Below, one piece after another: positions 24,896 through 39,576 of a stretch of DNA of 64,000 nt. Below the pieces are notes generated by a model, which saw nothing but the letters and a program-made list of their open reading frames with translations, was not told where the DNA came from and ran no database searches. Numbering within the stretch: the first letter of the stretch is position 1; each line of letters begins with the position of its first letter. Position numbers and translations under genes: made by a program. The stretch comes from Trichosphaerium sp. ATCC 40318 (lineage: Eukaryota; Protista; Tubulinea), in assembly GCA_038496445.1 (NCBI GenBank), contig JALMLS010000466.1, positions 248,001-312,000 of the forward strand, read 5' to 3'.

Positions 24896-27628
24896 TTATT
24901 GGCTAGTTTTCTGTTCCTCAGACCAACGTAACTTTCCAAGTGGCAAACGCTTCCTTAAAGCTGTAAAGGCCTTTCTAACGTGTTTATGCCTAACAACACC
25001 GTCGTTGGCATTTTGATCTTCATGTTTTTGTACATCAGGGCTTCCAATTATTTGAAGCGCTTCTACAAAAGTGTCAGCCGTGGGTATCAAATTGTGAAAA
25101 AAAAAACATACTTGGGCTCTCATTGTCGAACATTATATCACAGATGTTTGAAAGGCCGTCAGCGAGTTTCTCGGAATCAGGATTATCCGGTAGAACTGTT
25201 GTATATTCTAAACTACTACCTGTAAAGCTTTGGTGAGCGAGGTATGAACGGAAAGTACTTTCTTATTTTTTTCTTGACGTTTTCGAACTAAAAAATAAGC
25301 TGTACCTTGTCTGACCTTGAATGCAACCTCTGATTTGTTTTTTTTTGATTTTGGTTTATTACTCATTGGTATAGGCAATACCTTTCTGTTTGGTAGTACC
25401 AATTTTTTCCGTATCATCGCCTGTACAGCTTTTCGTACTTGGTACTTTACTAAACCACAAAAAAGACAAAGTTAACAACCATAGTTGGAAGCTTTTAGGT
25501 AAAGAATACGCACGTGTATCAGCAGTCTTTTTAAGTAAGTGATTTTGACTACCTTTTCTACCAATCTCAACGTCAATACCCAAACTTAGCTCAGGCTCTA
25601 AAGAGAAAGATAAGCTACATCAAAAAAAAAGTTATTATTTACCTTTGTGAAACGCTAGTACGAGTTTATCAGACGGGAATGGCGGAATACGTATTGAAAC
25701 CTGTAGTGCAAATTTAGGAAAGAGTATACAATATGCTACGCAAATCGTACAGGTCCTGATAATTTCTCTAGCGAGATAGTCATGTTTGTTGCAATTTTTG
25801 CAAGGTTAGCCATCTGGAATGACAGCTGTACGACCAATCTTACTGATACAGTTAAACTATCAACCACTTCCATATCAGCGTTTATACACTAATACATAGA
25901 GTTAAAAGAGGAAGACAATATGTTATTTTATAGCCATCAAATAGAACGTACCAAATCGCCTGATTGGTCTTCATTCCCTGGTGTAACAAGTTGAATATTA
26001 CTCAATACTGGTGGTTTATTTAGAGCCAAATTAGTAATTACAACATCAGTCTGAGAAAAGTGAATAGTTAGTCACGTGATTGAATTTAAAAAAAAATCAG
26101 AAAGTTTAAAGAAAATAACTCACTACAAGAGACTGCAGATTCTTTTTCTCGATTTGTTTCTCGATTGCGCCAGCAATGCGCTTAAAAAGCATTGATTGTA
26201 TTTTCGTAGACTTGTTTAACGTAAGAAACATGCGGCTTAACAGAGAATTGAACCAGATTGCCTACAAGCAAACATTAATAAAAACCGAATTACGTTAATG
26301 CTCTAGTACCGATTCTTTGCCCTCTGACCATTCAGCAGGCTTCCAAGCTTTAACAGTTGTTAATTTACTCTAAAGGGACCTGTCAAGATATGAATTTTGC
26401 GAAAGAGTTGCTTACGTAGGACTCATAGCCACTGCAAAACTTTGAAAGAGCACCAGCCAATTCAACTTCTCGCCCTTTACAATAAACAAAGAGATAGAAT
26501 GTCTTGTGACTCTCAGAGAGCGTATTTGCAAGTGGATGGTAAATATGTGCTGCCATTACCTCGCTTGAAGAATAAAGGGTTAACGGTGCACGATAATAAT
26601 AATCGAAGAGATTTACCTGCCATTATGGTCAACAGTCGTTTGCTGACAAACACATCCTTTCAAGTAGAAACCAGTAGGTTTTATAGCTAAATGCAATGTT
26701 AGCATTATATATGGCTTAGCATATACAAAAGACATACCGGCCTGTTTGTCGACTTCTTTCTTTCTTCCACTCAAGTGCGTCTTAAACTAAAAAAACCGTT
26801 AACATTTCTTCAACTTCTTTGTTTGCAAGAAAAATAAAGACAACAAATACACGTGTAAAAACATAGAGTACTTTTCTCTCTTAAGATATTTCTCTAAGTG
26901 AAGAAAAGATACCATTTTCTTGAACAGTCTATTCTCACAAAAGAAAGAGGAAAAGTTCTTCATGTTAATGATGTTTTCAAGTGTGATATCAGAATTATAT
27001 ATACTTAGTAGACTCGCCTTCCTGTAGTATATACAATTTCCCTTTATCCATATTGTAACACTAGATGACCCTAATTTATTTGAGTCTCTAGATAAATGTC
27101 CAACTCCTTCAAAAGCAGTTTTCTTTTGCCAGTGTTCATCGATTATTTTATCAATAGATTTCATAGGCGTAGTGGTATTAGAAGCCTTCTTTTTTGACTC
27201 TTCTTTAGCTCTATTTTGTATAAAAAAGTCAGATCATGACACAGAGTCGAAACATAAAAAAAAGTACAAGAAAAAAATTAAATTGAAACTACAAAAAAGT
27301 ACACGTGAGTTGCACTACCAACGACGCTCCAAAAGTGAAATATAGAGTTAATAGGAAGGCCCATGAAGACTAAGAGAGTTATGAGAATAGATAACGGCCA
27401 GAATATCGAAGCCAGTATGAATCCTACGCCAAGGAAAGTGCTGTAGTAAAACCTAAAAAAAGAAATGTCACCTGCCGTTTTTTTGTGTTTTCTCCGTATG
27501 CTTAGAAAAGAGGATAGGTTGTAAAATGCTGAATTCGTTACGTACAAGCTTGCTACGAATAAAACCAACGCTATTATTGCAAATGATCCTGTAAGCCATT
27601 TTTTTATGCTTCCACGCGATTTAGCCAT
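24896..27628 (-). CDS. TEX2/Nvj2-like lipid-transfer protein (N-terminal TMs, PH-like domain, SMP domain); multi-exon
   Basis: TM helices in 27278-27628. SMP-type start AIWFNSLLSRMFL at about 26225-26260. PPVLSNIQL, IRIPPFPSDKLVLAF, EPELSLGIDVEIG and KKLVLPN match the SMP pattern. Confidence 0.7.
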
Positions 27629-28067
27629 TTTATAAAGCGTGTGAAGGCGTTATTACGGCGGTTAAAGTGTTTTTGATTAAACTATATTACGGTAATACAG
27701 TCCGCTTCTAATAACACAAAAATTATTCAAAGGAGTACCACGTGTAAGAATAAAGCGAAATTGAACTACTTTAAAGACCATCAAAAATGATCAATAAATA
27801 AACATGGAAAAAACAATGCACGTACCGTTCATAAGCGCTCTAGAGGAAAAACTAGGAGATTCGGTACAATAGATTTACAAAAGGACGAATAACATTGACT
27901 TATCTGATTGTGGATTCGCAGGTTTTCGAGTAGTGGTCTTTTCTCCTAACGCATTCGATAGAGTATATGTATAGCGAAACCTACTGGGCTTCAACTAAAT
28001 GACACGGAACGTTTGGTACAAAGTCTGGATTACATTGAAGACTGTTTATTCGAGAGTACTCTACATT

Positions 28068-31000
28068 TTACGCAGATAATAAATCTACACCATCTTCGTC
28101 ATCATCATAATCAGTTGCAGAAACTCTTGTATAGTTATGATTTGATGAACCGCCAATACCAAGTGTATGAGAAAAGAAATTCTTGAACCTAAAAAGCTAT
28201 GAGCTTCGGAACAAAAAAACAATCAATCAGGGCGAATATTTGCGTACCTGTCACTCTTGCGCCATAGAAGCGCTACAGCAGCAACAATGACAATAAGTAC
28301 TATCAAGCAAAATACAATAATCAACACAACTTTCATAGCACTATTGTGCTTTATGGGAGTAGTTCCTCCATTGATAACTGCTGGAGCTTCTCCAGGAGCA
28401 GTAGATCCAGCGGTAGGAGGAACAGGTCTATTAGTTGAAGTAGTAGGTGCTATACTGGTAGGTTGTACAGTTGCTTCTCTGCTTGGTGGTACAGTCGTTT
28501 CTTCTGATGGAGAATACCTGCATTCTGCTGCACCTTTAGGCGGATTTTTCATTTCTCCTGAACACTTGAAGAGGTTAAAAAGGAACATCACTCAAATATA
28601 AGGGTACCTCAGTGCCAGCTAGTTTCCTCCATCCATATGGTACAGGGTATACTCCATTACAATATAATGAAGGCTTATAAGATTTGATACGAGTAACTTG
28701 GTCATCATCCTCCCAACAAGTGAAAATACAATTCTCTTCCTCTTCATCGTATTCAAAGCACTCAGCACTAAAAAACAAACACATTAAAATAGGATCACAA
28801 AAATCTTATACGTACCACTCGTAATCGGTGAGACTACATTCACAAACCTCAAATGTAGGTTCTACTTTATGGTCTGGACCATTATAACACTTAGAGTCAC
28901 GTTTTCTTCTCTTGTAAGTATCTTTTTTACCAAGGACGCATCGTGACCCAAAGAAGTTTGGTTCCCATACTTCGTAGTCTGTATCTGTACACTCCTTATT
29001 GAGCGCAGTTGTAAAATTAAGGTGTACGGCAACTGCTTTGCCTTGTTTGTTAGATCCTAACAACACAAACTCTCTAATATTGTGATCTAGTGCTACTTCA
29101 ACCTTGTAGATATCAATAGCTTCCGTAGAAAACTCACAACTTTCCCAAGAGTCACCCTAAAAGAAAAGTAAGACATCATCAAATAGAAGAAGGTATACCT
29201 CGTCAAGACTGTATAGAAATCTGTTATCGCTCTTTACATTATCGGTTAGTAAAATAATAGCACCATGGTTACCAATAGCAGCAGCCCTATAGACAGTAAA
29301 TTAATAAAAATATCATTGATAAAAATCCAAAACTAACCAATGTCCTGCTTCTACTTCTTGCCATGTCCAACCACCATCTCTGGAAAAGTATGTGTTTTGA
29401 TCAGACTGATCACTTGACATATGGCTACCAACATTGCCGCTTGCAATTATCATTCCTACGCGTCATGTTAATAAAAAGGTATAAAACAAAAACATTTTTG
29501 TTACCAACAGCGCTTTCTGGGGCTGAAAACGTTTGAAATAGATTATCACTGTTTAACAGGAATATGCCACATCCTCCCTAATCGTTAATTTAAATTTAAA
29601 GTCCTCACAGTAGCGAGCGAAGTGATAGAAATTGAAAAGATAAAAAAAACAATACTTACAGTGCACGAATAATGGTGACCATGACGGTCGACACTTGGAA
29701 CTCTAAGGCCCTGCCAAGCACCTCCTTCATTAGCAGAAATACTTGTTGTTATGGCATCTGTTTCTATAGGCGTTTCACCGCTTGGAGTATATTGGTTTGC
29801 AATATAAACGCCCTTAATGCTGTTGACGCTCTTAAAAGGAGCACCTCCAAAACTAGCCGGAACAAAAGGTAGGGAGCGAGAGAAATCCTCATCATAAGCA
29901 TTACTATGAAATACATCACCGTAAATAGTTTCATCTCCTCTAACTACTTGTATAAACAAAGAGTCCTGAAGCAAAAAATAAGCGAAATAAATACTAAAAC
30001 AACATGAAGGAAAAATCATAAAAAAGCTTCCAAACACATACCTTATCATCATCAAGAACGATAATATTACTGGTTTCGTATTCAATATTGTGTATCTCTG
30101 GAAAGTCCACAAGGTTTTTACTTTCACCAAGCGCCCTAACAACCCATATTTGTACATCAAGAGTATCATTCATGCTCTTTCTTGTTGTAACAAACATATC
30201 ATCAGGAGCTTCTGTGATTACTTTGTAGTTACAGACGTTCTCCAGAATAGTCTTTTTGGTAGTGAAAAAATCCGTACTCACTACCAACCTTGCGTCACAC
30301 ATAACACCTTTTTGTATTACCTCAACAGCATACATGGCATTCTTCATGTTAGGCATAGCAGATGCAAATCCTATTGGATAAAAGAAGTCCAAGACTCCAC
30401 TTCTACAAAATCCATTAGTATTTCGCAGTGACAAAGAATTGTAGCCTTACAAAGCACCATTGAATGGACGTAGCTCTTCCCAGGTTTGCGCGAAATCTGT
30501 TGTCTTATACAACATTCCTGTTCTCCAATGTACTGCAACAGCGATGGATGCGTTATACGGATGGACTTTTAAGGCATCAACTTCCTAGAATGGTGTTAGT
30601 ACAATCATGAGGCAAGTCAAGGCAAAATGAATACAACATCATACCTCTAACCAAGCTGCTCTAGTATACTCGGCTTTCTAAAAGAGTTGTTAACGTAAAC
30701 TGCGCTAGAACTGAATAGTTTACCTCACTAGTAGCATTCATTGTCGTGTAAAGACCATCGCCCAATGCGGTAATGAAGAGCATCATATTTGGATCCGCTG
30801 TAAAGAATATTTTGCCGATACCATTAGATTCTGCTACCTATCAAAACAATAAATCAGGTCAAAGGAATAGCAAGAATAAAAACGTACACCATCCATCTTG
30901 GCGTTAATAGATTCCTTTGTCCAGTGTGCACCACCGTCCACGCTCTTATATAGAGAACCTGATGAACTTCTAGTAAATTGTTAGCCACAAATCAACTTAA

Positions 31001-34000
31001 TAAAATTCATACTGAGACCACATAGCACTAAGAGAACCGTCGGTATACTTGTGCTGTTTCAAGTAAACCCTGCTGGAATCAAACACAGTTTCAGTAATGG
31101 CGACTTTATCAACACCACAAACTGATGTACGAACAGGTAATACGTCATGGTCTACAAAAAATAAACACGGATACAAGATAGCAAAAGAAAATGGGACTTA
31201 CGATCACATTCTTGTACAATAGGTTCCAAATGCGCTGTACTTCCATCTTGTTCACAAACGTTACCACTTATACGAACATATCCACGAGTTTCATTCCATG
31301 TTGTCGCAGTACCAAGAGCACACGCATGTGGAGGCATATTAGGGTCAAATCGATCGCAATCTTCATCATCTAGGATGCACTACAAATAGTATTAACGCTT
31401 TTTTTTATGTAAAGTGTAGATCGAACCTTGGCATCTTCAGATTCCTCATCAAGCTTGAAGCAATAGTCGCAACGGTAATCTGCTCTAGTGCACATCTACA
31501 AGAAGGGTTTAGTCTCATTAATAGAAAGCTTAGAGCATACACAGGTCTCATCTACAGTAAATGCAGAAGGATCGAAATCAAGCGGATTATGACATCGTCG
31601 ATCAGAGATGCGTCTAACGTATGAAATCTTTCTACCGTTCAAACATTGTCTGCTTCCATAAACGTCATCATGCGGAGACCATAGTTCGTAGTCAGAGTCT
31701 TCAGTGTTAGGAAGGTCATATCCGACACAGTATCTGTCGTGATAGTCACTAAAATCAAATTGCAAGAGCAGACCCTTAAAGAAATATTAGTACTTGAAGC
31801 TAGCCTCGATTATAGCATGTACCTCCCCATCGCGTTCGCCATAAGCAATGAACTTAGGAACGGTAGCGGAAGGTTCTGACACTATCTTAGTAATAGAAAC
31901 TCCATGCCCATCAAAAGAACAATTCTCAAAAGTCTTTCCGTGATCCCACGTGAACCTACATCACGAGATTAGAATCAATTCGTGTTATTTATCCTCAACG
32001 CACGATACTTCATCAACTGGCCCATCATTGCTTGCAATAAGTACAATACCACCATGATTAGCAACCTAAAGAAGAATACGCATTAATTAAGTGCTGTAGA
32101 TTAGAACAAGTTTCTAACCTCATAGACTTTGGATCCATTTTGTAGTTTAGACCATCTCCATCCAGCATTAGAACTAAAGTATGTGTTCGTGTCTGCTTCG
32201 TCATTTGACAAGTATTTCGATGAAGATCCTGTGCCAAGTATAATACCCATAGCATTCTTTCTAGTGTAAACCCCACTGAAGCTAGTAGTGCTCTTTCCAT
32301 GCAAATTAAGCACACACTAGACAGTGAATTAACAACGAAAAAACCTGAGCGAAAAACAAAGGCACATACCCCAGCAATGTCACCATCCTGGCAATCATGA
32401 TCTGGAGGAGTTAATAATCCCCACTCTCCACCAGCATCATAAGTAATCTTTGTTTGAATACCAAGTTGCTCGTCTTCCAATCCAAGCATGTACTGAAAAA
32501 AAAAGTGATAAGTTGTTGCTATTTCTCAAGTACAATACCTCATTTGCAATATAAATACCATGAAGGCCTTTAACTCTAGTAAAGTCCACACCATGATGCA
32601 TATTACGCTACAGATACAAATATTAAGCCTAGCCTAATGAGCATGATTTTACGTACGACGTTATGCTCCATTGTCAACGTGAACTTGTTCTCTATTAAAT
32701 CACTCTCATATAAAATACCCCAGTCCAAGTTATTGTATTGTACATTAATAAAAACATTTCCTTCGCTTGTATCCAATATAGTGTAACGCTATTAACAATC
32801 AATACACCAAACAAGATATGCCACTATCGTACAGATTCGCGTAAATGACCAGGAAACTTTACTTCAGTCCAAACATCTCCTCCAGTCTCTGAAGCTTTCA
32901 AAATGTTCCCATTTGCGCCATGCTAAGTAAAAAGTTAGCTAGACGCCTAGAACTCATCTCTGATAAAAGACATTACCTGAGCAGCTATAATTAGGGGACC
33001 AGAGTACTTTGAAACAATCACGCCAGAAAGAGATCCGTTAACGATTACATTGACGTTATTTGCGAAAAAGTCATCTGATCTTGTTAATATACGCTCCCCA
33101 GAAGGCTTTTCAAGCCAGTTTCCTGTCTTCTCTGAGAATTCAGCGATGTAAATCTAAAAAGACAATATGTAACTATTTGAGTACAAAAGTTTTTGCTTTG
33201 ATCTCGGTTCGTACGCGTTCTTTTGGTTCTGTCGACTTGTCATACTGTGGTTGGCCCCACCATAGTCCCCAGTGAGGTTGTATGTACGTTCTAATGACCT
33301 TCCAAGTAAGACCCATATCGGTACTTAGGACAGCCTAGTAGAGAAAGAAATACGCTTAGTGGTGTATTTTGTAAAGTGATGAAACGTTGCAAGTTTGGCT
33401 TTTGGGTTGTACCTTTACTGAGCAATTAAAATGGCCAAAACCTCTACACTGCGTTCCATCCTCTGCTAGTAACCAAGAGCCAACGGTTGGATGAGTTTTA
33501 ATGTTTTGCACAGTAAAACCTGGCGTAGTTAGTTGCCATGTTACGCCACTATCTATTGACGTGTAAACGTTCTCTCCCTTGTTTAAGTGTCAACAAGGAG
33601 AATTACAAAGTTCAAAGCGTACGTTTGTACTTAGCACACAAACGTGCTCCTTGTCTACGCCAATATGAACAGATGCGATGTCTTCTGTGACGCTTGCTTC
33701 TAAAGCGAAAGTTTTACCGTGGTTCCGGCTCAAATACAACTTATTCAACGTTGTAAGCACTATTACAACCTACAACTATAGTCAATACAATATTTTAACC
33801 GTTTTTCGGGTTAGTGCCTCATTCGATTTGCCTGTCCAATAAATGTCGCGTACAGAGCCATCTAATGAACTCTACATATACTATAAGCTTAAAAATAAAA
33901 CTAAACAAAAAAACTTTCCTCAGAAACGGTTACTTTATGATCAGCACATGGTGCAGTATAAATAGCGCATGCGCAAAACGCGACAAGCAAAATTACCGCT

Positions 34001-34008
34001 CGTTGCAT
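28068..34008 (-). CDS. Vps10/sortilin family sorting receptor with two Vps10 propeller + Cys-rich (10CC) modules, TM and sorting tail; multi-exon
   Basis: Signal peptide MQRAVILLVAFCACAI. Asp-box repeats (STDMGLTW, TYDAGGEW, SNAGWRW, SVDGGAHW, SRDGGWTW). Two 10CC segments (DYELWSP...CLNG; DYEVWEP...CVLG). TM VVLIIVFCLIVLIVIVAAVALLW. Tail with YTRV and DGVDLL. Confidence 0.9.
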
Positions 34009-34200
34009 CGCCCTGTGCCTTAATTTTCTAAATCTAGAAGATTGTGTTAAGTAAGAGTTCAAACCGTTGCAACAAAGTTTAAGTCAGCAAGTGATTACGC
34101 AAAAGATATTGAGTAGTGACTGGCGCTACAGCTTAGGTCGTAAAATGTTTCTTTGATTAACTTTAATAAATAAATACAAACAAGTGTAATGGTAACTAAA

Positions 34201-37200
34201 CTATTCTTCTACAAATTTTCTTGTTTTCCTGCGAGTTACTTTTCTTTGCTGATTTGGTACACCTCTCATTGTTCTTCTACTAACCGTTGATCTGAGTCTT
34301 CTCATTGATGCTTTTTTGTTTATCTTCCTATTGCCACTTGCGCCCATAGTGCCAACAAGTGATGCAACAAGATCTTGTCTGCTTGTCCTAAAATAATGTG
34401 AACAAATTGGAAGTAAAATTTGCTTGTACTTCGCCATCTTCTTCTTTATAGCAACACGTCTCTTTTTCCTTGCTTCGTCTCTTTCTCTTTGCATATTATC
34501 TTTATTAGCTCTCTAGATAATAATCAGAGGCAACATTGAACACACAACAGACCTCATAGGCATCAGCAAAGGCACCAAAATGACCAAAGAAAACTTCTGG
34601 TGTCACACTGTTATCTTCTCCAAAAAACATTCTTGCACGTGCAAAAGTTGTCATCATATCTGCATATTCCTCTTCTAGCTTTGTAATAGTTTCTTTGAAG
34701 CGTGGTGAAGCCTCCTAACACAAACAATAAGTACTTGTACGGTCGAAAAAAAAATAAAGCCAATACCATAAGCGTTGCAGTATGAGTATCGTTTGGCGTT
34801 ATCTGCTTAATCTTAGGTAACACTTCATAGATCTTCTTGAATAGAGACGATAAGGATGCAATATCAGCACGTATAGTATCAGATGAGACTGGCGTGCCAT
34901 GTTAGATTCTCAGTGTGAAAAAAAAAACAAGAGAAGAAGTTATACTTGCCTGTCAATGCCTCTCTTATCATTTTGAATTCCTTTTCAAAATTAACTTTTG
35001 GAAGCTTGTTGCGCATATAATTAGCCAACCAATGCATTAATGTCAAACCTCCTGTGGCCTTGGTATCTTGTAGCTTATTTCTCAAAATAAGAAAAAAAGT
35101 GGATTAGATAGATATTTTACCTTTGCAAGCGAGGCAAGCTTGAATCCTTGATAGTTCCCTCTGAACGTTGAATTATTTATAAAATTACCTATTTGAAGAA
35201 TAACCTACGTTTACAGGGTTAAACTGATTGAGAAAGGGTTTGAAGTGAGGTACACCTACTTTAAATAAAAGCTGAAAGTTCTTTGATTTCAACACCCTCC
35301 TGCAAGCTCCTTTCAGGATTACAATCAACTAATCGTAAAAATAAGCTCTTTTATAGTGTCGGTATGATGTACGCACAGGTTTAACCTCTTCAACTTTTGA
35401 AGGAAACTGCACATAGTACATAAATCCTTGTAATCGCTCAGCCATCATAGGAACAGCCAAAGTCTAAAAAAATAAGCTATCATCCAAGTTTGGGTTCTGT
35501 AACATACCTTCATACAAAAGCGTTCAGCGGCACCTAATAGTTGAGGATCGTTTTTAGCTTTTATGTAGTCGTTGATGGCTTCGGCCTAGTTTTCAATTTT
35601 AATCACGTGAACAATAAAAAGTAAAGTAAAAAAACAAGATCGTACATCTTCTTTTGAAGGTAGCTGATTCAATAGAGCCTTTACAGACTCCATATCAGTG
35701 AATAACTTTGAATCAAGCGCCAATATGCCATTGATAATATCGTCATGAGACTTTCCTTTATACTTAGATAAAATAATAGCTAACAAGAGTTGTTAGAAAA
35801 CTAGCTGGTAAACAAAATATGTCTAACCCAAGTTTTGAGCTTTCTGACCACTGATAAGTTTTAGTGATACTTTTTGTTGCGTAGGGTTTGCAGTTTTTTT
35901 CTTAGCAACCTTTGCAGCGAAGGTTGTTTCAATATCTTTGAAGTCTATCTCAAACTCCTTGAAAAAAGTCACTATTGATCAAAGTCAACAGAATGCCTTA
36001 CCGTATCAGGTAACGAAGCGAATACGGTATCTTTGATCTTATTAGGAGGAACCTAAAGACGTCTTAGCAAGTAAAATCCTCCTCAATATTACGTCACCTT
36101 CGCCCACATGTATCCTTTCAATTTTGGTCCAGATCGTTTAGCTCCAGGAGCGCCTGGAGGAAGAGGTGCTCCGGGCGGTGGAGGTGCACCAGGAACTCCT
36201 GGTACTGGTGGTGGAGGGGGTGCATTTGGAGCTGGTGGAGCTGGCGGTGGAGGAGGTGGTGGCGGAGGTGCTGCAGCTGCTGGAGGTTCTTCTTTTGTTG
36301 GTTCTGGTACCTTCTCAGGCATTTCAGATTGTTCTTCCGCTAGTACAAACATTAAGGGGACTTTGTCCAAGAAACCTGGTTAGTAGTACCATCAACTAAT
36401 GAATCTTCTTCATCATTTATATCTACAACTGTACTGTCTGCAACGTCTTCATGAAGCTTGTCCCATTGTTTCATTGCTGTCAAAGCATCATCGTCATCAT
36501 TGCTATCATCATTGCTGTCGTCTGTTCCTTGTTGGTCATTGTCTCCTGTAGCTGGTTTGTCCTCCTCTTCTGGATCACCACCATCTGTACCTGGTAGTAA
36601 TTATTGACATACTGAAGAGAAGACTTGCTTACCATTGAAAATATCATCGTATTCAAGTCGGTCGTTTACAAGCTTGCCTACATTTGTCATTTGAGCAGTC
36701 AAAATTGGCTTGACCTAGTTTTTGTCTCCGAGCTGAATCATCTACTTTTCCCTCTCCCTGACGAGCGTTTACAGCAGTGTTTACTACGTATTCATCCACT
36801 TGCTCCCAAAAAGAAATGCTAAATAAAAGAAAACAGTTAGCTTCTTTGTCGGCGTTAAATGAGACATACCATGACCTGTGGTCATTTGGTATAAGTACCA
36901 AGTGTCTTACTATACTGTAAAGAATATCCGAATTACCAAGTTCGTCTAGAGATTGCTTCAAATACGTCACCATTTCTCCCAAAGAACTTAACATAAAGTC
37001 AAAAAACTGCAGTACTTTTAAGGTATTATATGTACTCTGGGTTGACTTTCTCATTCTTGTATAAATTAATCATCTCGTCTACATCTCTCTCCATTTCATA
37101 CTCAAACAAATCTAGGATTGTTATTTATAAATAATTTATTGTGAAATGAGATGCGTACCAACTTGCGTGTCAAGGTCAATCTGTAAATCTGGAGAATCCA

Positions 37201-38884
37201 TTTTTAATTTCTTGAGTTCCTGAATACGAAAATAAAAAATTTAAGTAACCAGAAAATAACAAGGTCATACCGTGATTGTTTCTTGCATGCCTAGTTGCAT
37301 AAATTCCTTACGTATACCACTACGCACTACAACGTCCTCATGTGTGTTGATGAGACTGTTTATGAATAGGAAGAAATCGAGCTAAAAGTACAATCAATAA
37401 ACTGAGCGCTGCAATAAAACACGTCGTTCTCACTTGCCTGTAGCCTTATATTCTTTTCTGACTGAAATTTTTGAAATATTAACTCGAACCTAGTAGAATC
37501 TGGATCACATAGTTTATCAAAAGACGTCGTTATTAGCCTAAATAACTGTAAAAAAAAATTTCAAAAAAAGACTTGATTACTCTGGTCCAGTTGGGAATAA
37601 CAGAACGACAGTAAGTGCTTGTAGTAGAAGTGATCGCCCTTTTTCTGTAAGTTTTCGGTGGCTCATGCATCCAAGTATTGCTTCGATATTAGGTTCTGTC
37701 AATAATTCTTCAAAAGACGGCTATATCACGTGATAAATAAGAAAAACTTTTCAACTCATCAAAACTTACTGGATACAATCTTAACAGTGTTGCAGTTGTG
37801 GAAATTAGTTTTTCAAGCATATCAGTCACCTTAATATCGCCCGGTATAGACCTCCTGTACAATGGTTAGTCGCGAAATAAATAAAAAATACAAAACGCGC
37901 TTTTTTTCACTTAGAAGCTTCACAAGTAAGTCTATCAATATTTGTAGGCCTTTCAAGTCAACAAATGATTTTAACCACGGCTCAGGGTTCGCTTGAAACC
38001 TCTCCACTAAGATATCTAGCTCTTCCAAAGTAGGATAATCTTTTTTTTTCTGTATAGTCTGTTAACTCTACCAGACTTACTGATAAACACTTACCAGAAC
38101 TCCTACGCTACAAATATGTTAAATAAACATTCACAGTTATAAAACTTGTACTCACCTATGTGCTGGCATCTCTTCCTCATAGAGACGTACTTGTTGTACG
38201 CCAACATCAAAATCTAAAGCAATAAATAAAAAATAAAATGACGACATCACGTGCCAACTGCAACAACTTGTAATTTAATGACAACACCATTTTTTTTAAT
38301 CATAATAGACTTTCTTTTTCCCTAACACCAAAAAAACAGGATAATTAGACTCAACCCAATAAGTACAAAAAGAGCTTTGGCGTACTTTATTTAACTCTAA
38401 CGATGTAATACGAAGTTTCTGAACAGGTAGAGCAATAGGAGACTTATTTCTAACCACTATCATTGGAGAAAAAGCGACGTAGTCGTTATCAATATCATTA
38501 AATCTTATCCTAAACGATCGTTACTACAAAATTAATATCACGTGACCGATAAAAACTGAAAGTACTTACTTTCTTGTAGCGTTAAAGGTAAACTTGCCAT
38601 TTCTCATTTTTTTGGTCTAAACAGGCGTTAACTAAACGTTTGAGCGGCATCTACTTCAAAAAAGGCAACAAGATTACTAATAGTATTTAAAGAGTATTCT
38701 ACTATTGTATTTCGAGTACACGTGCCTTAGTAAGAGCGTCAATACCGCAGCACGTGATAGTAATGTAAGAAGAGCATTGGGCAACAAGACTATCGCTTTT
38801 TCTATGTTGAAGCAAGTCTCGCGTGCTTGGCTGTACTACAGGTGGGTACGTAGCGTCTACGATCTTAACCACAAGCGTGGGCAT
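34201..38884 (-). CDS. Diaphanous-related formin with N-terminal C2 domain (C2-GBD/FH3-FH1-FH2-DAD); multi-exon
   Basis: N-terminal exons assemble to MPTLVVKIVDA...SYITIT...TKKMRNGKFTFN...KLQVVAVDF (C2-like). GBD WLKSFVDLKGLQIL. Poly-Pro FH1 at about 36130-36280. FH2 motifs KLKGYMWAKV, GNFINNSTFRGN..GFKLASL, LQDTK...TLMHWL. DAD-like DLVASL followed by a basic tail. Confidence 0.9.
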
Positions 38885-39576
38885 CGATAGTTGTGAATAA
38901 ATAAATTGGAGTTTTAAGTCAAGGTTTTGTGACGTAGTTATGTCGTCAACTTGTAGTTTAAAGTAATTAGCCTGTTTTAAAATACTGAAAGGAATTTTTT
39001 CATCTCGCCAATCGTTGCTGACTGCAGATGCAATTTCTTGCGATGTATTATCTACACTTACTCCGATAAGGTATTAATATATATATAGTTAAAACGGAGA
39101 CATAAACGGCTGTCACTTATTAATTACATTTTTAAATTGTTATCCAGGAATGTGGTTAAAGTCAGAAATCACATGGACAGTTACAATGACAATCAACGCT
39201 TGCGACATAGCCTGCAAAAATTGCATAGGAACCTACGTACGCTTTCTCAATTTTGTAGACACCAAGAAAATAAAGTAGCGCGACGACTGGCAAATAACGG
39301 CTATACTTTAGCGTAATTAGCCAAATGCGGAACATTTCCCTGGCTGCAAAGCAAAAAGAGTGCTTCTGACCTCAGACGCTTTTAAAGTTATGGTGAAAAG
39401 CACGTTCCCATTTTAGCGTTCCGTGAAAGATGCATACCAGCAATGCGCCTAATGAATTGGTATGACGGTACTTCTGCTACTCAGCCGACACGGAACTTCC
39501 TGACATGGAATTCGATTCTTTTTGGAATAGTACTTCGTATAGAAAAACACGCACCTAACACTCACAACAACACCTA

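Noticed and set aside
36108-36399. Gly-rich plus-strand ORFs
   Set aside because: They are antisense shadows of the formin poly-proline FH1 region.
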